Shown here: in pieces, positions 31,209 to 41,270 of the stretch
Numbering within the stretch: the stretch's first letter is position 1
Layout of the letters: the number at the start of each line of letters is the position of its first letter
Source: Tolypothrix carrinoi HA7290-LM1
GTDB lineage: Bacteria > Cyanobacteriota > Cyanobacteriia > Cyanobacteriales > Nostocaceae
Assembly: GCA_019358935.1 (NCBI GenBank)
Contig: JAHHIK010000018.1
Location: 30,591 to 94,590 of the forward strand
Direction of reading: 5' to 3'
DNA: 64,000 nt
Program-made: the position numbers and the translations under genes
Notes under the pieces: model-generated
Seen by the model: the letters and a program-made list of their open reading frames with translations, nothing else
Database searches by the model: none
What the model was told of the DNA's origin: nothing

Positions 31209-32087
31209 TTAAGCTGGTAATTCGGTAATACTACGGACGTTTTCTAAGATTAAGTCAGAGCAAGTGCGTTTAATCAAACCAGTAAGCACGTTACCTGGAC
31301 CAATTTCTACTACTCGTTCAATGCCATTTAGTGGTAATTGTAAAGAAATTTCTCGCCAGCGTACCGAACCAGTCATCTGTTTAATAAGGCGTTGCTTTAA
31401 AACTTCGGCATCAACAGAGGGAACTGGTTCTACATTAGATAATACTGGTACAATAGCTGGTTGAAATTGAACAGCTTCTAAAACTTCTTGAAATTCGGTT
31501 GATGCAGCTGCCATTAGGGGTGAGTGAAATGCACCAGAAACTTTTAAAGGGATAGCACGCTTTGCTTTAACTTGAGACATGACTGTTTGTACTGCTTCAG
31601 GTGTGCCGGAAATTACAACTTGTGCGGCACTATTATCATTTGCTAGCACTACGTCGGGGGTTTGAGCGATCGCTTGTTCTAATTGTTCGCGGTTAAAGTT
31701 CATCAAAGCTGCCATCATCCCACCTGCGGCACTTTCCATCAGTTCAGCACGACGCTTCACTAAGCGCAATCCCGCAGACCATTCAAACACTCCGGCAATG
31801 TAAAGGGCAATATATTCTCCCAAACTGTGACCGGCAACTAAATCTGGTTTGTGTCCTCTTTCTTGGAGAATGTCAGCGAGAATGCTTTCTACTACATAAA
31901 GACACGGCTGGGTATAAAGTGTAGTTGATAACTTTTCTTCGTTTTCACAGATTTGCGTCACAGACCAACCCAAAATCTCTTCAGCTTGGGCAAATTTATC
32001 TTCAGCGGATGGTAAATCTAATAAGTCGGTTCCCATTCCTAGTGCTTGGGAACCTTGTCCGGGAAACACCCATGCGGTTTTAGTCAT
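31209..32087 (-). CDS. fabD: Malonyl-CoA-ACP transacylase
   Basis: FPGQGSQ, GHSLGE, SGAFHS. Confidence 0.97.
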   Translation of the reverse strand: MTKTAWVFPGQGSQALGMGTDLLDLPSAEDKFAQAEEILGWSVTQICENEEKLSTTLYTQPCLYVVESILADILQERGHKPDLVAGHSLGEYIALYIAGVFEWSAGLRLVKRRAELMESAAGGMMAALMNFNREQLEQAIAQTPDVVLANDNSAAQVVISGTPEAVQTVMSQVKAKRAIPLKVSGAFHSPLMAAASTEFQEVLEAVQFQPAIVPVLSNVEPVPSVDAEVLKQRLIKQMTGSVRWREISLQLPLNGIERVVEIGPGNVLTGLIKRTCSDLILENVRSITELPA

Positions 32088-32095
32088 CGATTTGT

Positions 32096-32402
32096 CGTTA
32101 GTGGTTAGTGGTTAGTGGTGAGGCAGCGCGGTCTTGGGGGTTTCCCCCATGAGCGACTGCCGAACCCGAAGGGTTAGTGGATAGTGGATAGTGGTGAGGC
32201 AGCGCGGTCTTGGGGGTTTCCCCCATGAGCGACTGCCGAACCCGAAGGGTTAGTGGATAGTGGATAGTGGATAGTGGTTAGTGGATAGTGGTTAGTGGAT
32301 AGCAATAACAACTAACAAATAACAACTAACAACTAACTACTAACTACTAACTACTAACAACTAACTACTAACTACTAACTACTAACTACTAACAACCAAC
32401 AA
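32096..32402. repeat. STRR array (TAGTGG[A/T] / ACTAACT) with two identical nested cassettes
   Basis: gaggcagcgcggtcttgggggtttcccccatgagcgactgccgaacccgaaggg at 32120 and 32196. Confidence 0.9.
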
Positions 32403-32406
32403 ATTT

Positions 32407-33414
32407 TTACCTTCCCCATTGAAAAATTGCTGCTCCCCAAGTGAGTCCGGCACCGAAGCCGGAGGTAGCAATGATGTCACCTGGTTTAATTTTGCCTTGT
32501 TGCACTGCTTCATCTAGTGCAAGCGGGATAGACGCGGCGGAGGTATTGCCATATTCCGCGAGATTGCTGATAACTTTATGTGCTGGAATATTCAGGCGTT
32601 GAGCTACGGCATCAAGAATGCGTTGATTTGCTTGATGTAATATCAGCCAGTCTATTTGGTCAACGCTGAGATTTGCGTGAAATAAAGCTTTGTCGATAAC
32701 TTCTGGAACTCGTTGCACGGCGAAGCGGTAGACTTCTTTGCCGTTCATGGTAATCGGTTGGAAGTTGCCTTTATTGACATTTACACCGGGGATAAGTTCT
32801 TGGGGAGAGGCTTTGTAGGCAAGGTTGAGATAGTGGTTTTGAGTGCCGTCAGTTTTAAGTTCAAATCCTAACAAGCGATCGCTTTCGTTTGCTTGCAATA
32901 TTACCGCCCCAGCGCCATCACCGAACAATATACACGTACCTCTATCTTGCCAATCTACCCAACGGGAGAGGATATCTCCTCCAATTAAAAGTACGTTTTG
33001 ATAAACGCCTGTTCTGATGTATTGGGCAGCGGTGACAAGTCCAAAGACGAAGCCGGAACAGGCGGCTGTCAAGTCAAAGGCAACTGCTTTGGTAGCTCCC
33101 AATTCAGCTTGAATTTGACAAGCAGTGCCAAATAAGTCATCTGGGGTAGAGGTGGCGAGCAGAATCAAATCTATGTCTGCTGCGCTAATTCCGGCGGCGG
33201 CGATCGCTTTTTTGCTTGCCATAGTAGCGATCGTCTTCAAAGATTCATCTGCACCCGCCAACCGCCGCTCTTTAATTCCGGTTCTTGTGGCGATCCACTC
33301 GTCTGATGTGTCAACCAGTTGAGTCAGCCCTTGGTTATCTAAAGAAGTTGTCGGTACAGCCGAACCACTTCCTATAATTGCTACACCTAACTTTTCCACT
33401 CCTAGTTTCTCCAC
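32407..33414 (-). CDS. fabH: Beta-ketoacyl-ACP synthase III
   Basis: DTSDEWIATRTGI, AACSGF, HQANQRI, GNTSAAS, FGAGLTW. Confidence 0.97.
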   Translation of the reverse strand: MEKLGVEKLGVAIIGSGSAVPTTSLDNQGLTQLVDTSDEWIATRTGIKERRLAGADESLKTIATMASKKAIAAAGISAADIDLILLATSTPDDLFGTACQIQAELGATKAVAFDLTAACSGFVFGLVTAAQYIRTGVYQNVLLIGGDILSRWVDWQDRGTCILFGDGAGAVILQANESDRLLGFELKTDGTQNHYLNLAYKASPQELIPGVNVNKGNFQPITMNGKEVYRFAVQRVPEVIDKALFHANLSVDQIDWLILHQANQRILDAVAQRLNIPAHKVISNLAEYGNTSAASIPLALDEAVQQGKIKPGDIIATSGFGAGLTWGAAIFQWGR

Positions 33415-33465
33415 CTATCAGCTTTTATTGTTTGTCATCTGTCATTAGTAATAACTATTGACTTT

Positions 33466-34491
33466 TTAGTTGCTCTCCTGCTGAAGGCTTTGATATTGAG
33501 ACTGAATTCGTTGCAGCACAGAGTTATCAACCGCTTCTTTGGCGATGCGAATTGCATTAAAAATCGAAGGCGCTTGCGAACTGCCGTGACCGATTATACA
33601 AATTCCGGCTACGCCTAAAAGCAAACCGCCGCCATGTTCGGCGTGGTCTACTCGCTGTTTAATCCGCTTCAGGTTTGGTTTTAAAATTGCCGAGCCGATT
33701 TGACCGCGTATTCCTTGGGGTAACTCTTCGCGCAAAATTTGCAAGACGATATCCCCGACTGCTTCGGCGAATTTTAACAAAACATTGCCGACAAAGCCAT
33801 CACAGACTATCACATCAAAGCGACCGGAGAGTACATCACGTCCTTCAGCGTTGCCAATAAAAGAAATTTGCGAATTTTCGCGCAGTATTTGGTTAGCGCG
33901 GACGGCTGCATCATTTCCCTTAGAGTCTTCTTCGCCGATATTTAACAAACCTACTTTGGGATTGGGTGTACCCAAAACATACTCACTATAAATCGACCCC
34001 ATAACCGCAAACTGGTCTAAAAATTTCGGACGACAGTCTACATTTGCGCCGACATCAAGTATTAATACTGGCTTACTGGCTATTAAGGTAGGAAACACAG
34101 CGCCAATTGCCGGACGGTCAATTCCCGGTAGTCGTCCCAAACGCAGCAAAGCAGCTGCCATTGCCGCACCAGAATGACCGGCACTAACTACACCATCTGC
34201 TTTTTGGTTTTTAACCAAATTCATCGCCACATTGATCGAAGCCTTGGGTTTGCGTCTAATGGCGCTTAAAGGCTCCTCATCCATTGCGATCGCATCAGTT
34301 GCGCTGACTATCTCCACCTGCCCTAAATTTGTTTTTGACGGCAGGGCAGCCTCGATTTGTTGGGGATCGCCTACCAACAATACTTCTACACCTAGTTCTT
34401 CTCGTGCCCGCAGTGCGCCGGCGACGATTTCCCCAGGTGCGTGATCCCCTCCCATTGCATCAATTGCGATTCTTACGCAAGTCGATCCCAT
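33466..34491 (-). CDS. plsX: Phosphate acyltransferase
   Basis: IAIDAMGGDHAP, LDVGANVD, LLNIGEEDSKG, CDGFVGN, HGSS. Confidence 0.97.
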   Translation of the reverse strand: MGSTCVRIAIDAMGGDHAPGEIVAGALRAREELGVEVLLVGDPQQIEAALPSKTNLGQVEIVSATDAIAMDEEPLSAIRRKPKASINVAMNLVKNQKADGVVSAGHSGAAMAAALLRLGRLPGIDRPAIGAVFPTLIASKPVLILDVGANVDCRPKFLDQFAVMGSIYSEYVLGTPNPKVGLLNIGEEDSKGNDAAVRANQILRENSQISFIGNAEGRDVLSGRFDVIVCDGFVGNVLLKFAEAVGDIVLQILREELPQGIRGQIGSAILKPNLKRIKQRVDHAEHGGGLLLGVAGICIIGHGSSQAPSIFNAIRIAKEAVDNSVLQRIQSQYQSLQQESN

Positions 34492-34532
34492 TGCTAAAGC
34501 TTATAGAAACCTTACAAATTTTACCAGATGTT

Positions 34533-34620
34533 AGGGAATGGGGAATGGGGAATGGGGAATGGGGAATGGGGAATGGGTAATAGGGAATGGGGAATGGGGA
34601 ATGGGGAATGGGGAATGGGA
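34533..34620. repeat. STRR array (GGGAATG)n
   Basis: About 12 tandem heptamers. Confidence 0.9.
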
Positions 34621-34715
34621 ACGCATTTAGTGGGCTGCTGCCTCGACTGTTAGTAATGGAGGCAGCAGTTCTCCAAGAACTACATTTACTGGCAGAGCAA
34701 GGAAACGAGAAGGAA

Positions 34716-34937
34716 AACACGAAACTTCGAGTTCTGAACACGAAACTTCAGCTTCTGAACATGAAACTTGAGCTTCTGAACATGAAACTTCAGCTTCAGA
34801 ACATGAAACTTCAGCTTCAGAACATGAAACTTCAGCTTCAGAACATGAAACTTCAGCTTCAGAACATGAAACTTCAGCTTCAGAACATGAAACTTCAGCT
34901 TCAGAACATGAAACTTCAGCTTCAGAACACGAAACTT
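34716..34937. repeat. 21-bp tandem repeat array, about 10 units (AAACTTCAGCTTCAGAACATG)
   Basis: Visible in sequence; lies in a possible ORF 34656-34940 reading (LQLQNMK)n. Confidence 0.92.
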
Positions 34938-34977
34938 TAAGCTTTTAACTGGGAATGTCTCGTTCTACACTTAAACA

Positions 34978-35112
34978 CCAATGCCCCATGCCCAATGCCC
35001 CATGCCCAATGCCCCATGCCCAATGCCCAATGCCCTATGCCCAATGCCCAATGCCCCATGCCCAATGCCCCATGCCCCATGCCCCATGCCCCATGCCCCA
35101 TGCCCAATTACC
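34978..35112. repeat. STRR array (CCC[C/A]ATG)n
   Basis: About 18 tandem heptamers. Confidence 0.9.
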
Positions 35113-35117
35113 AATCT

Positions 35118-36590
35118 TTAACTCATCACCCAGTTAACGAGGGTGCGAACGCCAAAACCGGTTGCCCCAGAACCGTTATAGCCGTTTTCTTTGTCTGTCC
35201 AAACGGGTCCTGCGATATCTAAGTGCGCCCAAGGAGTTTCTTTGACGAACTGTTTGAGGAATAAAGCGGCGGTAATTGAACCACCTGCACGAGGACCTGT
35301 GTTTTTCATGTCGGCAATGCCAGACTTTAGCCCTTCAAAGTATTTTTCTTCCATTGGCAGACGCCACAGCTTTTCCCCAGCAGTCTCAGATGCTGTCTCT
35401 AGCTGTTTAGCTACGGCATCGTCGGGACTAAACAACCCGCCGATATCGTCTCCTAAGGCAATCAGGCAAGCACCTGTGAGGGTAGCTAAATCAACGATCG
35501 CTTCTACTCCTAATTTCTCGGCAAACACTAAGGCATCTGCTAAAGTTAAACGTCCTTCAGCATCGGTGTTGTTAACTTCTATGGTTTTGCCGTTAGAAGC
35601 TTTCAGCACGTCGCCTGGGTGCATGGCGCGACCGCTAATCATGTTTTCAGTCACCGCTGAGATGAAATGCACTTCCACATCAGGCTTTAACTGACCAATT
35701 GCTTTTGCCGCACCTAATGTAGCCGCTGCACCGCCCATATCAATTTTCATCGTTTCGATGCCGCTACCAGCACCTTTGATGTTGAGTCCGCCAGAATCAA
35801 AGGTTAAACCTTTACCGATAATTGCCAGTTTGCGTCTGGGTGTGCCTTGGGGTTTGTAGGTGAGGTGAATAAATTTCGGGGGCAATTCAGAAGCTTGTGC
35901 GACTCCTAAAAAAGCACCCATCCCCAGCTTCTCACAGTCTTCTTTTTCCAAGATTTCTAACTGCAAATCGTGATCTGAAGCGATCGCTTGAGCGGTTTCT
36001 GCCATTGTAATTGGTGTGACAGCATTCGCTGGCGCTGCTACCAACTGTCGCGCCAAAATTACTCCAGAAGCGATTTGATTAGCGCGGGCAATTGCGGCTT
36101 CTTGTCCGCTTAACCCTAGTAAATGTACTGTTTCTACTTGCGGTCCTTTATCTTCGTTTTCCGACTTGAAGCGAGTATCTTGATAAAGTGCTAGTTGGAT
36201 ACCTTCGGCGATCGCTTGCGCTGTTGCCTCTGGATTATTATTCCATACTGGCAAGTCAATTGCAAGAGTTTTGCATTTTTGCTTTTTAGCTAATCGTGCC
36301 ACAGATGCAGCAGCGCGTCGCAAGCTATCTAATTTCAAAGCATCAGGTTTTCCCAAACCTACCACCATCAGCTTTCGCACTGATTTATCACTACTTAAGC
36401 GCGTGAAAATGCTGCTACCTGCTTTTCCCTTAAATTCTTCTTCTGCAATCAGTTCTTTTAAGACACCGCCGACTTTTTCATCTAAAGTCGCTAGTTCGCC
36501 AGTTAACTCTACCGCATCTTCAAATAATCCAATCGCCAAACCATCTCCCTTCCACTCTCCGAAAGGCGTATTACTTGCTAGAATTTCCAT
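35118..36590 (-). CDS. pepA: Leucyl aminopeptidase (M17)
   Basis: [41 protein letters not shown]. Confidence 0.97.
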   Translation of the reverse strand: MEILASNTPFGEWKGDGLAIGLFEDAVELTGELATLDEKVGGVLKELIAEEEFKGKAGSSIFTRLSSDKSVRKLMVVGLGKPDALKLDSLRRAAASVARLAKKQKCKTLAIDLPVWNNNPEATAQAIAEGIQLALYQDTRFKSENEDKGPQVETVHLLGLSGQEAAIARANQIASGVILARQLVAAPANAVTPITMAETAQAIASDHDLQLEILEKEDCEKLGMGAFLGVAQASELPPKFIHLTYKPQGTPRRKLAIIGKGLTFDSGGLNIKGAGSGIETMKIDMGGAAATLGAAKAIGQLKPDVEVHFISAVTENMISGRAMHPGDVLKASNGKTIEVNNTDAEGRLTLADALVFAEKLGVEAIVDLATLTGACLIALGDDIGGLFSPDDAVAKQLETASETAGEKLWRLPMEEKYFEGLKSGIADMKNTGPRAGGSITAALFLKQFVKETPWAHLDIAGPVWTDKENGYNGSGATGFGVRTLVNWVMS

Positions 36591-36629
36591 TTGTGATATT
36601 TTCTGTAAAACTTCTTGTACCAGTATTGC

Positions 36630-37114
36630 TTGACACTCTCACCGTCTAAAGACGCGCTCGATTCTTAGTTCAACGACATGCCTTGAAATTGTCTATCCTT
36701 GCGGCAATACTTAAACCTGATACCCGCTCAACAGAACAAAGCGCCGAGTCTAATTTAAACAACCCCAGAGGGCTTATCTCCCTAAGCGTTAGAGAATCGT
36801 TTCTCCAGTTCCCGTATGCCCTACGGTACTTTGTCTAACAAATAAATAGTTTTGTTCTCTGGTATGGGTGCGGGTTGGCTACCCTAGCTATGTTTATTCG
36901 TGGTGTTCGCCACCCACTATCCATTATTGTTTCCTAGTCAATCGTTTGGGAGTGCTTACCCATGTGTACTAGCGGTTATTCTACCTGTGGCATAACGCTA
37001 TTATAACCTCGAATGTTCGTACCAAAAATTAATCATGAATGCAGTTAAAACCGCACGATTCCCTTCTATCTCAGCACTCTTCGTGACTGAAGCTCTAAGC
37101 TTACCGACTAGCTT
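36630..37114 (-). mobile_element. Non-autonomous IS200/IS605-family element (no tnpA/tnpB ORF) retaining the tnpB 3' tail and omega-RNA-like right end
   Basis: On the minus strand it follows TTAC, contains agtaccgtagggcatacgggaact (STVGHTGT, a tnpB-tail-like motif) and ends GAATcgagcgcgtctttagacggtgagagtgTCAA. Internal TATAAT at about 37000-37005. Confidence 0.75.
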
Positions 37115-37184
37115 GTAAAATCCGCTTTTCGTGCTTCCTCCTTTGGGAGTGGGGGACAAGGGGACAACAACTAACTCCTAATTC

Positions 37185-38369
37185 CTAACTTTTAACATCA
37201 ATGTTAAATTTAGAGCCGATCGCTTTAATCACTCTTGCTTCTTCTAATGTAGTTTTGTTGTTGAGTTGGGCTATTCTATAACATTGAGCTAGCAAAGGTA
37301 CTGCAAAATCGCGGTTGAGTTGATTGAGTAGTGTATCTAAAGGTTGGGGTGATTTGATGTTTTGGGCGATCGCATCTATTGATGTGGGACTGAAGTTTAA
37401 TGTTTGCAACTTAGGCAAAATTTCATCCCAAGTTCGATCTGGATGACTTGCGAGGATCATGTGAACGAGAATTTGATCCATAATCGCTTCTTGAGCGATC
37501 GCTTTTTCTAAATAATTTTCGCTTTGTTTCTTTAACTCTGCAAGTGTTTCTTCCGAAGTCAACGAAGTTGATTCATCCAGCTTTGCTTCATAAAATCGAC
37601 AAGCTGCATATCCCAATGAATATATCATCGTCGCATTAGAACTAGCACCAATCACCGCACCAGCAAAAGGTACATTTCGCAGCAAACCTAATCCCGCTGC
37701 TTTGAGAAGACGACTACCACCAAAAGCTAAACCAAAAATCGCTAAAGCTTCACCTTTCCGCGCAGGGTCTTTTAAATCCAGCCCATAGACAGATGCAATT
37801 TGATAAAGCATTTCTGACTGTAATTGCGTTGTTGCTGCCAAATCAACTGCAAACAGCGCCAACGCTTCACCTGGTAAAATACTCGTAGCCAGTCCAATTC
37901 CCCCTGCTTTAGTTGCTTTATCCAGCATAATCCGATGGGCAATTTGGCTGGGTGATTCTTGGGGATGCTGTTGCTGTAGTTGTTTTACTTCAGCTTCGGC
38001 TTTTGCTAAATCAACCTTGTCACTCACACCAATCAGCCAATTGAGATTTAACACTCCAGCTAGTTTTCTAATTAGCCAGTTTTCACCAAGATGAGTGACT
38101 ACCTCTCCAGCAGTGTGAGTTGCTTGTTCAATTAGCTTGTGTGTTTGTTTTGCGGCTACTTCTCCCAAGCCTACTGCTATTTCTACAGATGCCGATCCTA
38201 CCCCAACTGCGGTTCCAACTGCACCACCTACAGACTTAGCAAACGATTCTAATACAGATGGTGTATCTTCTTCTACTGGAGTTTGCGGCTTAATTTCTAT
38301 TTCTGAATCTGCTTGCGGTGAATTAACCGATTTATTCACCTCGATTTCTGTTTGGGATTTGTCTTTCAT
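37185..38369 (-). CDS. EcsC/DUF697-like conserved cyanobacterial protein
   Basis: SQIAHRIM..KA..AGGIGL, DLAATTQLQSEMLYQIASVYG, YSLGYAACRFYE. Confidence 0.75.
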   Translation of the reverse strand: MKDKSQTEIEVNKSVNSPQADSEIEIKPQTPVEEDTPSVLESFAKSVGGAVGTAVGVGSASVEIAVGLGEVAAKQTHKLIEQATHTAGEVVTHLGENWLIRKLAGVLNLNWLIGVSDKVDLAKAEAEVKQLQQQHPQESPSQIAHRIMLDKATKAGGIGLATSILPGEALALFAVDLAATTQLQSEMLYQIASVYGLDLKDPARKGEALAIFGLAFGGSRLLKAAGLGLLRNVPFAGAVIGASSNATMIYSLGYAACRFYEAKLDESTSLTSEETLAELKKQSENYLEKAIAQEAIMDQILVHMILASHPDRTWDEILPKLQTLNFSPTSIDAIAQNIKSPQPLDTLLNQLNRDFAVPLLAQCYRIAQLNNKTTLEEARVIKAIGSKFNIDVKS

Positions 38370-38466
38370 AAAGCAAGCAACGTCTTACAAGTCTTTCTAC
38401 TTAACTTGTAACCAAAGGGCAACGAGCTTGACATCTCTCTGTAAGAGTAAGTTGTTAATTGATCAA

Positions 38467-38691
38467 CTATTTCCTACCACCGACAACAGTTAGCCCCACT
38501 CCTGGAATGTACTCTACTGGCTTACCTTGTGGCTGTCCTTCAAGTCCCCAATCGTAAGTATCTTCTGCTAACAAGTCTGCTTCACCTTGATTAATTTCCT
38601 CATCTAAAATTTGCCATAATCTACGTTTTTCTTCAATTCCTAGTGACGATATCGCATTTATTAGGGATTCAAAAGTAATTTCCAGTTTCAC
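38467..38691 (-). CDS. Small hypothetical protein, antitoxin-like
   Basis: 74 aa; SLGIEEKRRLWQIL helix and YDWG..GKPVEYIPGVG tail. Confidence 0.55.
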   Translation of the reverse strand: MKLEITFESLINAISSLGIEEKRRLWQILDEEINQGEADLLAEDTYDWGLEGQPQGKPVEYIPGVGLTVVGGRK

Positions 38692-38766
38692 AGTTTCTTG
38701 TGTCAGGATGTGTATTGGATTTGTTTAATTTATATTATCGCCTCACATATCCTTTATCAAGTCTCA

Positions 38767-38973
38767 CTAAACAGGTTCCCCCTCTTCAAGAGAATATAAA
38801 TCCGGTTCCTCATGCAAAAAGTCAAATGCTTTTCCTTTTTCAGCAAGATACATAAGTTCATTACTAGAAGGATAGGGAATATTTCCAAATAACTTATTTT
38901 CGAGCAATAAACGTTCTTCTGTTGGTAAAGCAAGAATTACTTCTAATAAGGATTCAACAAGCTTTATATTCAT
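38767..38973 (-). CDS. Small hypothetical protein, antitoxin-like (DUF2281-like tail)
   Basis: 68 aa; acidic tail AFDFLHEEPDLYSLEEGEPV. Confidence 0.6.
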   Translation of the reverse strand: MNIKLVESLLEVILALPTEERLLLENKLFGNIPYPSSNELMYLAEKGKAFDFLHEEPDLYSLEEGEPV

Positions 38974-39023
38974 CGCTTTCTTCAGTTAAGTTTAATTGTA
39001 ATTATCGTTTTAATCTCAAAAAA

Positions 39024-39845
39024 TCACTTCATTTCTAATTCAGAAACGGCTTCGCCATAATTCTCTAAAAAGTTGTTTTCCTTCATAATTTCATAAAGAT
39101 AAATTTCTTTTTCTAACAAACAGGCGTGTCCGCTATGAGGTAAGACTACCATTTTGGCATTAGGTAAAATATTAACTAAACGTTCGGCTTCAGTCACAGA
39201 AGGTAAAAGGCGATCGTCACCACCAGCAATTACCAAAATTGGTTGAGTCAGGGTGCGTAACTGTTTGTCATCAACGTTAAAATCTCGCAATAACGATATT
39301 CGCCAAAGAACGGTTTCTGGTGGTACATAACGCATTGACTTGAGAAGTTCTTGGCGATCGCCTCTCGCAACTCTCCCCAAAGATGCTAAAAATGGCAATA
39401 GCCCCAACGCAGCAATATCATAAAGGTATCCCGGTACGATGTTGGTTAGTTGCGATGTCCAATTCAACCACGGACGAAGATTCAAAGCAGAAGCCGAGTT
39501 AATCAGAATTATTCGCTTAAACAACTGCGGTGAAGCGATCGCTACTTTCATCGCCAAACAACCCCCAAAAGACTCACCACACAAGTAAACTGGTCTAGGA
39601 CTTTTTTCCAATTCCCCGTCGATTAAGTCCAATACGTTTCTAGTCAGATCGTCCCAATCGGTTAAATCCTCTCGTGGTATTGCCAGACAACGCACATCAA
39701 AGCCGGCTTCTAAACCGGCGGTTTGCGCTCGCAATAATTGACCAGTTCCATCCATACCTGGTAAGTATACCAACAACGGATACTCTGGTTTTAGTCTTTT
39801 AGGTGTTAAAAAACACGGTTTTAGATCAACTTTTTGAGTAGTCAT
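39024..39845 (-). CDS. Alpha/beta hydrolase resembling the N-terminal domain of phytyl ester synthase / ELT proteins
   Basis: PLLVYLPGMDGTG, GESFGG, DRLLPS, SGHACLLE. Confidence 0.85.
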   Translation of the reverse strand: MTTQKVDLKPCFLTPKRLKPEYPLLVYLPGMDGTGQLLRAQTAGLEAGFDVRCLAIPREDLTDWDDLTRNVLDLIDGELEKSPRPVYLCGESFGGCLAMKVAIASPQLFKRIILINSASALNLRPWLNWTSQLTNIVPGYLYDIAALGLLPFLASLGRVARGDRQELLKSMRYVPPETVLWRISLLRDFNVDDKQLRTLTQPILVIAGGDDRLLPSVTEAERLVNILPNAKMVVLPHSGHACLLEKEIYLYEIMKENNFLENYGEAVSELEMK

Positions 39846-39849
39846 TAGT

Positions 39850-40025
39850 CAATTGGGCAATGGGCAATGGGCAATGGGCAATGGGCAATGGGCAATGGGC
39901 AATGGGCAATGGGCAATGGGCAATGGGCAATGGGAATAAAGCCAAATTTCGATCTCAGCCCACTTAGATGATGCCCGCTTGCCCCATGCCCCATGCCCAA
40001 TGCCCAATGCCCCATTACCCATTCC
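39850..40025. repeat. STRR array (GGGCAAT)n with inverted partner
   Basis: Visible in sequence. Confidence 0.9.
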
Positions 40026-40751
40026 CTAATAACATCCTTCACGCAACAATTTAGCAATTTCACCATGACAGTGTTCTGTCAATTCGGCTACAACTTTTTT
40101 GCCTTGTTTGCCCTGGTATTTTTCCTTGTGTTGCGGCATAATCCAATAGGGACGACCAATCAACACGGCAAGGCGACGATAAATAACCAAGGGATGCAAA
40201 CCCGGTTGATTGAATAAAGGTTCTGAAGGGTCAAACAAACTCAACACTCTTAAGGGTAATGCAGAAGTGCTGATTTCTTCTAATGAAGCGATCGCGATCG
40301 GCAAAATTGCTAAATCCTCAACTTGCGATCGCAATGCCAAATGAGCAAATCCTCGCTGAAATTCCCCCACTTGATTCGCAGGAGTAAATTTCACCATTGG
40401 CTTAGTTCCTTCCGGAAAAACCCCCACCATCTGCTTTGACTGCAACAAAGCCTGAGATTGCACAAAAAAGCTATGCTGGCGGTTTTCTGGACTTTCTAAG
40501 GGAAAGCAGCCCAATTGTCCCGTGACAATCTCTCGCATAATTGGTACTTGCCCCATATAATGATGGCAGGCAAAGCGAATTGGACTTGACAACGCCTCCA
40601 TTAAAACTGGTGCATCCATGAAGCTGCGATGATTGCTCACCACCAAGACACTTGCATCTTGGGGAATGCGATCCTCGTAATAGCGAAACATTTTTGTTGA
40701 GATTGTCGCTAGAAACGAGCGAGAAATATCCAGAGGGCTATTTACACTCAT
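40026..40751 (-). CDS. PlsC-like lysophospholipid acyltransferase
   Basis: VSNHRSFMD, VFPEG. Confidence 0.88.
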   Translation of the reverse strand: MSVNSPLDISRSFLATISTKMFRYYEDRIPQDASVLVVSNHRSFMDAPVLMEALSSPIRFACHHYMGQVPIMREIVTGQLGCFPLESPENRQHSFFVQSQALLQSKQMVGVFPEGTKPMVKFTPANQVGEFQRGFAHLALRSQVEDLAILPIAIASLEEISTSALPLRVLSLFDPSEPLFNQPGLHPLVIYRRLAVLIGRPYWIMPQHKEKYQGKQGKKVVAELTEHCHGEIAKLLREGCY

Positions 40752-41270
40752 ACTTTAGTGAATATATTTTTGAGAAAATACTGCATTTTTTCTGAGATAA
40801 GTTTTACATTTCTTTACTATAACAACGACCGTCTTCAGATAGAAATGTCTAATTTACAGAATAAGTTAAACTTTTCTTAGAACTTATGGGTGCTATTTTC
40901 AGCCACAAGAAATAGTTAAAAAAAGCCCGCATCAACACCAAAGCGCTTATTATAAACAATGAAATGGAACACCCACTTTCATGGATAGGGCTTAAACTAA
41001 GAAAAAAATCAAGCAGATGAATTTGCCCCCTCAGGACAGAACTTGTGCCAAATTAAGGGAATTGTTTTTCAGCCTTGATGCTTTATGCTTCAGACTTCTT
41101 TAGTCAGGATTGTTCAAGCAAAAAAAGTGCTGCATTCACGCTTAGGCAGCGAACAATCGCATAGCAAAGAAATTTGCTAATATTAAATTGTTGTTTGAAA
41201 ATTGGGGAACAATATTATATAATTACGTGGTTTTAAACACATAAGTGCGTTAGAAAACTGTTTTAACAAG

